Source: Rozella allomycis CSF55
Taxonomy: Eukaryota
Assembly: GCA_000442015.1 (NCBI GenBank)
Contig: KE561047.1
Coordinates: forward strand, 203,341-267,340
DNA length: 64,000 nt
Direction of reading: 5' to 3'
Each line of letters opens with the position of its first letter. Positions within the stretch are counted from its first letter, which is position 1. Shown piece by piece: positions 38,340 to 51,283 of this stretch. Below the pieces are notes generated by a model that was not told where the DNA came from, did no database searches, and saw only the letters and a list, made by a program, of their open reading frames with translations. The position numbers and the translations under genes were made by a program.

Positions 38340-41300
38340 ATGGAACAAAATTTTAACGACGTCAAGAAGTCGTTAAATAAGTTGAATGCTTTCAAGACAT
38401 TACCGAAATTGGATTCTACTATATCTTCCGTCTTCATAGATGAGGAAGATCCAACTACGGTATTCGATCAAATAGTACTACTATCCATCAGCATTAATAA
38501 AAAGGATTCTTCCATATTTCCACCAATACTCAAAAGACAGAGTTGGACGTTACTGTCTCCATACAAAGAGGAAAGGCACCATAGGGCCGTCAGTGATTCA
38601 ATAGCAAACAATTACAGTCCCCGGGCCATGTTTCTAAACACTAGATCTTTACCAAAAAGTAGAGTTAAAAAAAGTAACGTAGAAATATAAGAATGATAGC
38701 TAATTTTATAACGAAAAGAACAAGTTTGTCAGCAGGAAAAATTACATTGTTACCTTTATCACCCAGTAGACCAATGTCTCCATGTGAAAGATTGAAACTT
38801 CATTCCTCTCAGTTTGATTTCACCACAGTATTTACAGAGGATTACAATGGCAAAGAAAACAATTCTCATAAAAGATATTGGCATTACATTGAGCAAGGTG
38901 TTCCTGACAGTTTACTTCCTGCATTTGAATCCCATGGATTCGATTTTTCCAAAAGAATGCCAAAAGAAATCAAAAACAGAGAGGAACTAGGCTTGCTAAT
39001 GGAAGAGATTAAGAAAGATTATGTACTTTCAATTAAAAGGTCAATTGTTGATTACGTATTACTTGATGCGACCGAAAGAAAAAGGCTTGATATATCTTCA
39101 GTACCCAGGATGTTTAAAGACTTTATACCAATTAGAGCACCTGTTCCTTGGAGTGAAACTATTCAGACGGCAAAGGCTTTTCTTGAATGTAACTTGTTTG
39201 TGACCAACCCGGTGATGACAAAGTTGTTGGAAATATTTGATGCCTACTAGAATATAAGAATAATTGATATGAGTGTATTTCAATCGGAGAGCGATTTTAA
39301 AATTCAAGTGGGCAAGAACGAATTGACACAAAACTATTCAAATGCCCCAACAATCACAGTGGATTCGATGATAGAAAACTCATTTTCAAGTCAAAAAATT
39401 AAGCGAATTCCTCTTACAACTGGAGAATTTCAGTCTATTATTCGTGAGCAATGTAAAGAATTTCGACAAGTGATATTGACAAAGTAATACAACAATGTTA
39501 TTAATATCGTTAGATGGTTGCCAGAAATTATTCAAGTGTTCATTGAAATGAAATCCACGTGGTATTCAATAGTGACAAGTAGAAATGGTTCTGATGAGTC
39601 ATATGATCTTCTTGACTCCTTTTTCCGTTCCGTTGCAACTTTAATGTCGAATCAATTGTGGGAAACGTTAAATAATTCAATCGATGATTTTGAAAAGTTT
39701 ATTTTTACTTTTGAGCAAAATGAGAATCAGAATGGACTCTTTAAGATTAATCTAACATTGTCTGGGTCGTCTGTGAGATTTGAACCAGCGCTAAACGAGG
39801 TTGAAAATGTTTTAATTCAAACGATGGAGGAAATTTCAAAAGCGGTTATCGAAATACCTAGAGTTGAAACAAAGTTGTTTACGAGTCTTCAAAATGAGAA
39901 TATTTTTCTCTCTACCATTTCTTTAGATGATCCCAGAATAGTGGAGTGCACTGAATTGCGTAATACGTTTGCCAGAAATTATGTTGAGCCACAAAGATAC
40001 ATATTGCAATATGAAAAATTTAAAGCATTGATGACTCAAAAAGCAGATCGGAAAATAGAAGATTTCATAAAAGAGAGGCATGATTTGGATGAATATGAAA
40101 CGGAAATAAATAAGTTAATGAAAACTAGAATTGAAATCAATTCTTTGCCTTTGTCTATTTCATTCAGTATGATCAATTTAGATTGCAATGCTTTGGCAGA
40201 GGATTTATTGAATAGAACAAGAGCATTAATTGACAAATTAGTTGAGCAAATTTTATCGAAAGCGAGAGAAGACAATTCTCAGTAAAGTTAATTTCATTTA
40301 ATTGATAGGATTTGTGAAAAATTTGAACAAATTTCTGCAAAAGTTATGAAAGTGCCTTCAACTACTGAAGAACTTTGTGAATTAATAAACTATTTAGACA
40401 AAAATTCAGCCGATGAAACGACTGGATTGAAAGAAGAAATTTATAGAGGAATTAAAAGGATTAACTTTTTGCTTAATTATGCGCAGTTAACAGAAGAGGA
40501 TATAAAGTTGAATAGCGTTACGATGACATGGCCAGAGAGAATAGGTCCAATATTTGATCTTAGCAAAAAGCGTCTTGTTCAAAAGAAAACCAAGGCGCAA
40601 GAAGAAGTGAAAATTAAGTCTCAAAATTTGGAGGCGGAAGTAGAAAGTTTACTTGACATTGTTTACAAATTTCAAGATTGTGGGATTTTATCGGAAACAA
40701 ATGAATATGTAAAGAAACTCAGATCAATTGAAATCAAAATTGATGAACTTTCATTTAAAATCAAGGAAATTAATAAAGAAGAAGAATTGCTGGAATTTGA
40801 TCTAAGCCCCTTTGGAAAATTTGAGGAAGCAAAAGAAGCATTGGGGCCATTTAAGCTTTTATGGGATTCAGTTTCAACATTTCAAAATGAGTACAATAGA
40901 TGGATGACAAGTGCTTTCATTGAATTAGATGCCCACCAAATTGATGAACAAGTAGGGAACTTGTACAAATCAATACTAAAATTAACAAAAACATTTAAAG
41001 ATTTAGCAGTTCCAAGGAAGGTCTCTGAACAAATTAAAAACAAAATTGAAAAATTCAAAGCGTATATTCCCTTGATCACAATTCTAAGATCGCCAGGGTT
41101 GAAGAATAGACATTGGAAAGAAATGAGTGATGTTGCTGGAGTTGATATGACACCTGATGAAGAAACAACTTTATCAACATACCTTGAGATGGATTTAAGC
41201 GCACATATTCCAAAATTTGAAGAAATATCTGAGGTTGCAATGAAAGAATTCAACTTTGAAAAGACATTGGCTAATATGATGGAAGAATGGAAAAATATGA

Positions 41301-41755
41301 CTTTTAATCACATGCCTTATAGAGATTCAGGAACTTTTACTTTAACTGCACAAGAAGATCTTCAGGCTTTAATGAACGATCAAATCATCAAAATACAAAC
41401 GTTGAAGAATTCTCCACTAGCTAGAAACCTAGAAGATTTAATTGCAGAAAGTGAACAAACGTTGATGAATATTAAAGAAACTTGGAACGAATGGCTCAAA
41501 GTTCAGTCTGGTTGGTTACGTTTAGAACCGATTTTCAGTTCTGAAGAAACGTCGCAACAAATGCCCCTAGAGAGTCGTAATTTTAAACAAGTTGATAAAA
41601 TATGGAGAGAAATTATGACTCAATGCTTGGAAACACCCGAAATACTGATTATGATAAAGACGCCAAATCTATTGGAGAAATTAAAGGAATGCAACTCTTT
41701 GATCGAAGAAATTCAAAAAGTACGCAACGAGCAGAATCATGAAACTCCTCAATAA
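38340..41755 (+). pseudogene. Inner-arm dynein heavy chain (DNAH3/7/12 class) N-terminal tail only; no motor domain; in-frame TAG at 39248
   Basis: IKRSIVDYVL, PVPWS, PGLKNRHW, WLKVQ..W..LEPIFSSE; ORF ends just after EEIQK, before the usual GL..YLE.KR..FPRF; 3 micro-introns. Confidence 0.65.
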
Positions 41756-41765
41756 AGTTAGATTT

Positions 41766-43176
41766 CTATTCCTTCATTTTATTTGTTAATGTTAATGTCT
41801 CATCTAAATCCATTTTAACATATAGATCGTCTGAATCCCACATATTCTTTAATTCTCCAATATAAAAGGCGCGAATAATCACCGCAATAAGCATACAAGG
41901 TACTAAATATAACAATGCGGGTTGTCCAGTTTCAAATAGTAACAGTGCCAGAATTGTCATTAGCATTCCGACTACATAGCCCATCATACCAGAAAGAAAT
42001 AATCTTCCTTTACCATCCAATTTTAAATATTCATAAACTTTTAAATATATCAAAAATAATCCTGGCAATGCAATGTCTCCAAATCCCAAGAACGAAAATG
42101 AAGGGATTTCATTAAACAAAGATGGAAAGACCAACAAGGCAGGCATTGATTCTCCACTTGAAGACTTGGACGCAACCTTTTCCATCACACTCACACCATC
42201 TGATGTGAATGATTTGGACCCAAACACCCAGAACACATCATAGAGAAATAGGCCCATTAGCAAGAAAAAAGATATCTTCATTACAAATATTCATTGAATT
42301 TACTTTGATGTTTGGTAATTTAACAATTTTTAAAATAAACATTATAACAGAGCTGCCTAGAATATCAAACAACCACCAATATTCCCTAAATCGACATAAT
42401 TGAGTTCATACTCTACTTCTTTCCGTTTAATCAACCATAGAATACATAATGGCAAACTAATTATGAAGCAAAACGGTCCGGGTAATCTATTTTTTGAAAA
42501 ATACTGCAGAACATGATATAGCGATACTAGCGACTGTAAGGTAAATAAAACGATTATCAAATAGACTAATTTATACACACTTAATTCATTTACTCAGATA
42601 ATCCTTGACAAAATATAGCAATAAGAGCATCGAGGAAGCCGCAAACACAAAAAACGCAGCTAATTGTGGAGTGAAAACAAATTTGTTATCATCTTCATTA
42701 TTAAGCTGCAAGTCATGTATAGCCCACTTTGACGACACGAAAATAATCCCCGTGGACAATAAAATCATTAGAACAAAGTTCATTGGGATAGGGAACGTTT
42801 TTAAAGGACGAATAATTACACTTTTTCCATTTTTGAATGAATAATTCGGACTGCACCATATGGATTTTTCATCTGATTTCAAGATGTCTGTCAAGTTTTC
42901 CTTTGATGTTACTTTAAATGACAAAATTATTGGGTAGTAGTCTTTTCTGCATTTAATTGAGTTTGAGACATATACATTGTCGTTCTTTTCATTGTTAAAA
43001 GTGGGTTCACATGTATCGTTATGAAGATTTACAATAGTCCCCGTAATCTTCTCAGGAAATGAATTAAAAGACCAACAATAATAAGTAACATCTTCGCTGT
43101 TCTCAATTGCTATTTGCTTAAGCGCAAACAAGTTTGGGATTGTGAAAAAAAGAAGAGTTAGTGGATGCAAATTCAT
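41766..43176 (-). CDS. Signal peptide peptidase-like GxGD aspartyl protease (SPPL2-type)
   Basis: YDVFWVFG, LGFGDIALPG, QPALLYLVP; signal peptide and luminal N-terminal domain. Confidence 0.9.
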
Positions 43177-43562
43177 TTCGAATTTTTCGGCATCTTGACC
43201 CTTAAAGCGAAGACGGGGAAAACTGAATTAGTGATTTGAAACGGTTACAGAATTGAGGAGAGTAGACTCTTGGTTGCACGGATCGAATTACTGGGAATTC
43301 GAGGACGCCCCCTCTATTTTTACCCCTCCACAATCTCTGTCACAAAAAATAAGGAATCGTTTAGAGGCCCAATTTACTTAAATAAAAGTGTTTTTTGGGT
43401 TCTACTGTACAACTTGTTACCATTGAATTAATGAGTACTTCTTTCTTTAGTCTCTCTCCAAAATCTGTTAAAACTTGAAGGCAAATGAGAAGAACTATTA
43501 AAATGGTTGACCAGCAAAAGTTTTTAAAAAGTAGATAAATTATTAGAAACCAATTTATTCAA

Positions 43563-44695
43563 TTAATTTTGAAGTACTATTCTGTAACGAACATCGTTTT
43601 TGCGGACTCTTGCAATTCCTTCATTTACTTTCTCCATTGGTAGCACATCAATCATTGGGCGAATATTCTTTTCGTCACACAGCTTTAGCATCTCACGAAT
43701 ATCGTTGCGTGAGCCAATTAGACTTCCAATTATGGATAGATTTTTCATCACCAACACCCCAGGAACAAATGATATCTTGTATTCAGGTAATCCTACTAAT
43801 AAAAGTTTCCCATTAGTCTTCAAAAAGCTCAAATATAAATCCCATGGTGCTTGTGGCGCACATGTTGAGACCAGTAGCAAATCGATCTAACCTTTTGCAT
43901 TACATAATTAAATACCGATTTCATCACTGAAGACAGCTGCGAGACAGGTTGATTCAAATTGACAAAGTCAGTTGCACCAAGCGTCTTAGCTTCCTTTTCT
44001 TTATTCGGAGAAGTTGAAAAGGCGTACACTCTATCGGCACCCATCGCTTTCGCAAACTGCAAACCCAAGTGACCAAGGCCACCGATTCCAATAACACCTA
44101 CCGTCTTTCCCGGTCCACACCCATATCTTCTCAGTGGCGTGTAAGTTGTTACACCAGCACACAACAGTGGAGCCGCATATTCGGAAGGAATATTTTCAGG
44201 TATTTTAAATGCACAATTTGAATCTACCCTAGTTTTTCTATCAAGCTAATTTGAAAATATATACTTTGCGTATCCGCCATATGCAATGTGACCATCTGGA
44301 TACTTGGAATTATACGTAAAAACGCAACCAGAACAGCAAGGATCGTTGTTGTTAGTGCAATCAGGGCAATTGCTTTTTAAGCAAGATGAAACCATAGCCC
44401 CCACACCTACCCTATCGCCAACATTCAAATGAGACACTTCAGGCCCTTTCGCCGTTATTTTACCAATTATTTCATGACCGACAACGACAGGGTACATTGT
44501 TGGCCCCCATCCGCTATCCAGAGTATGGATATCTAATATAAGTTAAAAGCAAGCCTTACCAGAATGACATATTCCACAATGAGATATTTCAATTTCAATA
44601 TCATGAGGTCCGAGTGGATGAGCCTTGTAGGTCCATTTTTGAATTGGTGAACCTTTACTATGACATGCATAGGCTTCGATTTCTGCTTGCGTCAT
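43563..44695 (-). CDS. NADP-dependent Zn alcohol dehydrogenase (CAD/ADH6-like)
   Basis: CGICHSD, GHEIIG, PLLCAGVTTYTPL, GIGGLGH, DVRYRIVL. Confidence 0.93.
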
Positions 44696-45119
44696 ACTTG
44701 CCTGCGCCACAGAGATCGCTATGATGATATTATAGGGTGATGACATGCTTGAGAATTTCTATGGTTTGAATTAAAAACGATCTTGAAAAAGATAGGAAAG
44801 ATATATACTGACTTGACTTGAGTCACCCTGGAATTAGAATTTACGTTTCTTCAAATTAATACTTTTGACGGTCGAAGTTCGACTGTCAAAAGTTAATGTT
44901 TTTTCTTTGGAAATGGGAGTCGAGGTTTTAAGTTTTCAACAAGGACGTTAAGACGTATGTGTTAATTTTAGCAAGGTAAGTTTGGAGTAAGACTTGAGTT
45001 TTAGAGGGAAAATATATGGTCGCGGGAAAATCAAAATTTTAGTCAATTCAATAGTGTATAATCTATTTAATAGATATTTAATTTGTTCATTCGAAATAGT
45101 TTTAGGAAATTTCGCTTCA

Positions 45120-45677
45120 ATGTCACGTTTTTCATTCAACGTACTCGTTTTTTTATTTTTGTATAACGTAACCCTTACACACCAAACTCACTTGATAAGT
45201 CCAAAATTATCTAAGTCTGATGAATTTTCTCAAGAAATTGATGTTGAAAACGGAAATTATCAACTGGAAGACTTACTTGAAGATCTACATGGATCGAAAG
45301 ATTCCGCTTCTGCTGAATACAAAACTTGGAAACATTCACCCCTTCTTTCTCCTGTTTCCACTGACTCTTTTATAAGTTGTTCCAGTGATAACAGCATTGA
45401 AGAAGAGGCCAGTATTGTACGCAATGCTGTAAATGAAGATTCTGATGATGAAACGATTATTGTGGATATTGAAGATTCAAACGGACTAGAAGATATTTAT
45501 AAAAATTTAAGGAGAAAACCAGAACCTAATCAACTTTCAATTCCTAAAATCATAAATAGGCCGATTCAAAAGAAGAACTCAAACAAATATTTTCTGAGGG
45601 AAAGAAAAAGAAAAGAGTCCAAGAAGATCGTCAAGCCCCGAATGGGTATTTTCAGCAGGAGCTCAAATGAGATATAA
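45120..45677 (+). CDS. Hypothetical protein: hydrophobic N-terminus, acidic middle, basic C-terminus
   Basis: Intronless ORF from ATG 45120 (MSRFSFNVLVFLFLYNVTL...). Confidence 0.55.
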   Translation: MSRFSFNVLVFLFLYNVTLTHQTHLISPKLSKSDEFSQEIDVENGNYQLEDLLEDLHGSKDSASAEYKTWKHSPLLSPVSTDSFISCSSDNSIEEEASIVRNAVNEDSDDETIIVDIEDSNGLEDIYKNLRRKPEPNQLSIPKIINRPIQKKNSNKYFLRERKRKESKKIVKPRMGIFSRSSNEI

Positions 45678-45788
45678 GAAATCATTTTTTATTTGAAATA
45701 AAAATCGTGTTTTTAGGGTAATTGGTAATTTTTTTGTGCAAACAATGAAATTTACAAAACATTTCTCTTCAACATGCGCCACTAAAAC

Positions 45789-46373
45789 ATGGAACACAGA
45801 AAAAGTGAAAGAGATCGCTCCAAAAGTATCTGGGTTGGAAATCTTTCATTTACAACAACCAGGGACGCCTTGGAAAAGCACTTTTCGGTGGCAGGTGAAA
45901 TTACGGACGTCTTTTTTCCACGAAATGGATACCGCAACAAGGGCTTTGCTTTCATCGATTTTGTTGATGTTGAGTCCAGGAATAAGGCTATCGAAATGCT
46001 TAATGATTCCCAACTGGATTTTCGCCAATTGTTTGTCAAGGCTGGAGACGATTTCTCAAGAGAAGAAACTCCTCGAGTAAAGCGGGAAGAGAAACACTAT
46101 AATGATGAGTGTACTATTTTTGTAGGAAATCTATCGTACAGAGCTCGCGAGGATCAGATTCGCGATGCGTTTGAGCATTGCGGCAAGGTAGTAGGTGTCC
46201 GCATTCCAATAATTCCTGGTACAACTAAAAGAAAAGGGTAATAAATATACGAATCCAGAAACCGTAGATTTTGCTATGTCGAATTTGCTGAAAAATCCTC
46301 GGTTAAGGAAGCGGTTAACATGGGTGAAATCGAAATTGATGGGCGTCTTTCTTTTATTGAATCCTCTAAATAA
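45789..46373 (+). CDS. Two-RRM RNA-binding protein
   Basis: IWVGNL/KGFAFIDF and IFVGNL/KGFCYVEF RNP2/RNP1 pairs; one intron. Confidence 0.88.
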
Positions 46374-46421
46374 ATTAAGAAGTAATTTCATATCAAATTA
46401 TCAATATTTCTACAGCACTAT

Positions 46422-46706
46422 TTATAATGATCTAGAATTCGCCCTTTTAATCATTGTAATCTGCCAAATCATTATTAAACCAGTTATCCCCCAGCATATT
46501 GCTGCCCCGTATGCAGAATCACTTGCCTTCAGCTGCCCTTGCTTATCTAACTTTCCCACAAACTGCTCGACGCCGTTTTTATAGAACACACTCAAACCAG
46601 ACTATATCAATGGCAGATAAACTGATACCAGAATTATTACACCGAACACTGATGTGATCAAACAAAAATATGCCGTCAAAGGACTGACGAAAACAAGACT
46701 GGGCAT
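46422..46706 (-). CDS. V-ATPase subunit f / RNASEK-like two-TM protein; absent from ORF track
   Basis: Spliced MPSLVFVSPLTAYFCLITSVFGVIILSGLSVFYKNGVEQFVG...AYGAAICWGITGLIMIWQ... Confidence 0.7.
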
Positions 46707-46845
46707 TCTGAAAATTTGGCAAATTCTAAGTCAATCAAACACATCATACCATTTATTAACGTAAATAACTACACATTTTTTTCTAGTTTCTTAAATTGAG
46801 AATGAGAGTCACAAGATCCCATCACAAACTAACCAGGGTTTCGAA

Positions 46846-48192
46846 ATGTTCTACCTTCCTCTTCTATTATTGATTCTAAGTAACGCTGTCAGGGCAAAAA
46901 CCATCATCGTCAGCGACGATTCCACCTCGCTGAAAACATTTATCGCTCTTTTTTCGGAAGGTAAATTTGAAAGAAGTGTTATTCTTAGTACAATTGGCTT
47001 CTAGCAGAACGAAAATTCAGTTATTTGAAAACGATGAATTATTGTTTGAAAACTTAGTCATCGTCTCACCTTCAGTAGATAGTAAAAGTTGTAGTTATTA
47101 ATTCCTTAGAGCCAAAGAATCATTTAAGCTCTCCCCGGCTTATTGAATACATGAAAAAAGGAGGAAACATATTACTAGCCATTGATGAAAAAGCTTCGGA
47201 TCATTGGAGAGAATTCATAGACGAGTTCGGGATTGTTATGGATGACAGGGTCTTAGACTCTAGCAGAGCATTCCAAAATGACTCGAGCCGTATTATTTTG
47301 GATAATTCTCAAATTTCAGTCGAATTCGGCTACAAAAAAGTGAATGAACAATATCTTTATAGTGGAATTGGGTTTGAAATTAAGAAGGCGAAACCGTTGG
47401 TAAATCCCATCGTATATTTACCGGAAACAACCTATACCGGCGCGTTTAATAAGTTATCAAAATTCAATGTCGGAATTAAAGGGAGAGATGGTTCTTTGAT
47501 AGTCAGTTCACAATCAAGAAATAATGCACGTTTAACAGTTTTAGGGTCAACGGAGTTCATTTCTGATAATTATTTAAATTTAAAAGGGTGAACTTTTATT
47601 TCGTTATTTACTTAGATTTTCAAACCTTGAATTAGTTAAAGATATTGTTTTATGGACATTTTTAAAGCGTGGTGCTTTGAGAATCGAGAAAGTATTTCAC
47701 CATAAAGTCGGAGAAAATGAACAGCTTCAAAAGTACAGAATTAAAGATGACATTGTAAACATGTTTGCAATAACAAATAGATATTCAATCTGACAATATC
47801 TGAATATAACGGACGAGAATGGGGTAAACATAGGTTTTATATTTCATTAGTACCTTTCACGGCCAATGATTTACAGCTTGAAATTGCTATGCTAGATCCC
47901 TATTACAGATTAAATCTTCAAAGGGTAGGTCCAGGTGAATTTTCATCTGGAATTTTTAAACTACCTGACACTTACGGTGTTTTTACTTTCCGCTTAATTT
48001 ACCAGAGGCCTTTTTTGTCTTATTTAAAGTACGAGAACCAGGTTGTATTACGTCCTTATGCATTGAATGAATATGAGCGATTTATTATATCAGCTTTTCC
48101 ATATTTTTTCCAATTTATTTGGCTTCACGCTTCTTCTACTTACACTGATGTACTCTGCGAAACAAATTAGCAAGGAGAAGAAGAAACAATAA
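46846..48192 (+). CDS. WBP1: Oligosaccharyltransferase subunit OST48/Wbp1 (apparent +1 frameshift near 48104)
   Basis: GGNILLA, QSRNNARL, QLEIAMLDPYYRL, KLPDTYGVFTF, YERFIISAFPY. Confidence 0.9.
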
Positions 48193-48299
48193 AAGAAGAT
48201 ATTAATTATTACATTATAAATTAACAAACCATATTCTTTTTCAACATCTAGTATTTAATTTACTACACAAAAGGGCGACTTGGTTACCAAAAGGTTACA

Positions 48300-50342
48300 A
48301 TGCCCGAAACAAAAGAAATTCCATTTTTGCCCGGATTCACGCAAAAAAACATATCTGTACATTTCAAATGATTATTAAAAATAGAAAACAGATTTCCGTA
48401 AAGGTCACACTCTTGGTTACAAAAACGGATACGCGGTTACGACAAAACCCACTTTTGGTATAGGCGGAGATGAACTAATACATAATGGGATGGAAGAAGA
48501 TCAATTTAGAAGGCTCATCGAGAAACCGATTGATGAAACATTACTTAACTACAAGCCTGAACCATTTTTCCGAGCAGAGGCAACAAAGCCATTTATACCA
48601 GCACATGTAGCTTATGACAAACTAGTATACGCATCTAAATATATGATAAATAGGTTCTCTCATTTAAAGCATACTTTAAACAAACCGTGCATGATTCAAT
48701 GGAACAATATATACTTCGCCGTGTCAAAATTCATGTTTACCTAGAAGATGATTCTGTCGAAGTCATTGAGACGCCTCAAGAAAATAGTGGCATACCCCAA
48801 GGAGTACTTATTAAAAGACAGAGACTCCCAAAATCAGAGATTGACTATGTGCGCCCAACTGACTTTAATGTTGGTATGAATATAACAATCTATGGGAAGA
48901 CAATTAGAATCATCGATTGTGATAGCTTCACGAAAGTAATATATTTTTTTGCAGAAAACAGAAATACTTGACGGACACATTAGGAATTAAACTTAACCCA
49001 CCAGAAGAAATGCCTATTGATATCTATTTAGAAAATAGAAATAAGAAGGTTAAAAATGTGTCGAGAATTGAGCATAATGACAAACTGCGGCAGTTTCTAG
49101 AAAATGATCGAAAGGTGCTGCGGTTTTATGCTTTATGGGATGACCGTGAAAACATGTTTGGAGAGATTCGAGAATTTGTAAGCAAAAATATTTTTTTGTT
49201 ATCTAGATAGTCCATTATTTTCTGGTGGATGACTGTATTGAAGTGACTGAAGTCAGGAAACCCAATCAAGGAAGAGTTTCATTCCCTGTACTTTTAAGAA
49301 GACAGCAATTGCCAAAAAGATACGAAGGAGTTGGTAATTTATGTATGTTTTCTGTTGATATAGATACCACCTTAAGTGAAAAATACACTTGGAGGGATCT
49401 TAAAATTGGGACGCTCCTTAATGTGCTAGGGCGTCAAATGCTACTTTATAAATGTGATGATTATACTCGGGAATACTACATTCAGAATCTTGGATACAAA
49501 GATATTGAAATGAAGGAAATAAAATTCAATGACGGAAATGTAGTGAAGGAATATGAAAGGGTAAATATGTAAATGAAATTAGAAACAAGGAAATACCCCC
49601 TTATAATGGTTTTGGAACTCTCGAAGATTCTTTGGGTTCTGTAAAGCATTTGGTCTTAAAGCCGCCCAAAAAGGATTTTGTCAAAATGCTTGAAAATGAA
49701 CATAAAGTGCTTAGATTTGTAGCTTTGATGGTAATTAAACTTTTAAAACATTGACAGGAATCCACCCACAAAGAAGATTACAATAGAAAGTTTATCATCG
49801 CATACCGACTTTCAGACGATATGTTGACCATTTATGAACCTCCGCAAAGGTAAGACTTCATGTAGTTTATAACATAGGAATGCCGGCTTCATTGGCGGAA
49901 AATTTCTTGAAAGAACAAGGGTTCTGAAACCGGGTCACACTCTACAAAACTCCGAATATTACAATGCTGTAGATTTAAACATCGGAGCAACAGTCGAAAT
50001 CAATCATTATAAGTTTAAAATTATCGACGCTGATGAATATGTATACAATTATATGGAATCCAACTCGCATGCATTTCCAATGTCAGATATTCGCCAAGTT
50101 TTAAAAAAGGGGAGAATTCATGTTGATAAAATTAAAGCATTATTAAAAGATCATATTGAACACGCTGTCTCCCGTCAACAATTTCTTACCAGTTTCAGAG
50201 ACACTCACTACTTAACGCTGCATGTAAACAATCTAAATGTTCTGATAAATAGGAACTTATAACCATTGTTCGATTTTATGACTCAAATAAAAATAATCAG
50301 ATCGATGTTAAGAAGTTCATCACAGACCTTGAACAGCAATAA
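48300..50342 (+). CDS. EFHC1: EFHC1/Rib72 axonemal DM10-domain protein
   Basis: IPFLPG N-terminus, PAHVAYDK, three DM10 domains ([41 protein letters not shown]). Confidence 0.9.
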
Positions 50343-51144
50343 AAGTACTTTCTAAAATCTCCTTTATTTCCATCTACTATCAAATTTGATCCATTTATTA
50401 GTTTATTATTCATCAGAAATACTACCGCATCTGAAATATCCTTGGCGTCACCCTTAGGCTCTTCAACCTTCCTCGACATTTCAGTGCCAATTAATCCCGG
50501 GAGAATGGTGTTAACTCTCACGTTAATTTTGTTAAGCTCTTGAGATAGGCAATTTGTCATACCAATAATTTATATTCATAATGTCATACCACATATTCCT
50601 GCTTTTGATGCACCATAGCAAACTTGTCCTATATTTCCAATATCTGTCCCAACAATGCTTGAAATATTGATTATAGACTCTTATTTTTAAAGGAAAATAG
50701 GTCTACTATTTCTCTGGCCGGATAGATAGAATGACTTTAATATCAATTTTGTAAAATAGATCGGACCTATTAAATTCGTATGCAGCGTATTCACGATAGA
50801 GTCATAACTATTCAATATTAACATTATAATTTACTCTTCTTTTATCAAGAGTCTATCCCTTGCCACGCCCGCGTTATTGATCAATGCGCACAATTCCTTC
50901 TTTTGAATAAAAAAATCATTTAATTTCTATTAATATAATAAATTATCAAACATACCTTTGAAGTTCGTTCGATAGAGATTTTATCACTCAAATTTAGATG
51001 ATACCACCGTAACCTCTCATGTTCACCCCAAGGCTCAGAACTGTTGTAAGTACCATGAACAAAGATGTCGTTTTCAGTTAAAAACGTTTCTGTGATTGCC
51101 CTTCCAATTCCTTTAGAGGCACCAGTTACTATAATGTGGCGCAT
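50297..51144 (-). CDS. Short-chain dehydrogenase/reductase, FabG/CBR4-like
   Basis: VTGASKGIG, LINNAGV, NISSIVG, YGASKAG, VRVNTILPGLI. Confidence 0.85.
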
Positions 51145-51283
51145 TTAAACTTAAGTTATTTCCTGGGGCTGCTATTATGCGTCATCCAAGTAAATTTCAA
51201 AATTGCCCTCATTTCTCACCTTTCTCTGCAATTACCTGTTCATTTTTCATCATAGAATTTTATTGTTACATAAACAAGCCACA

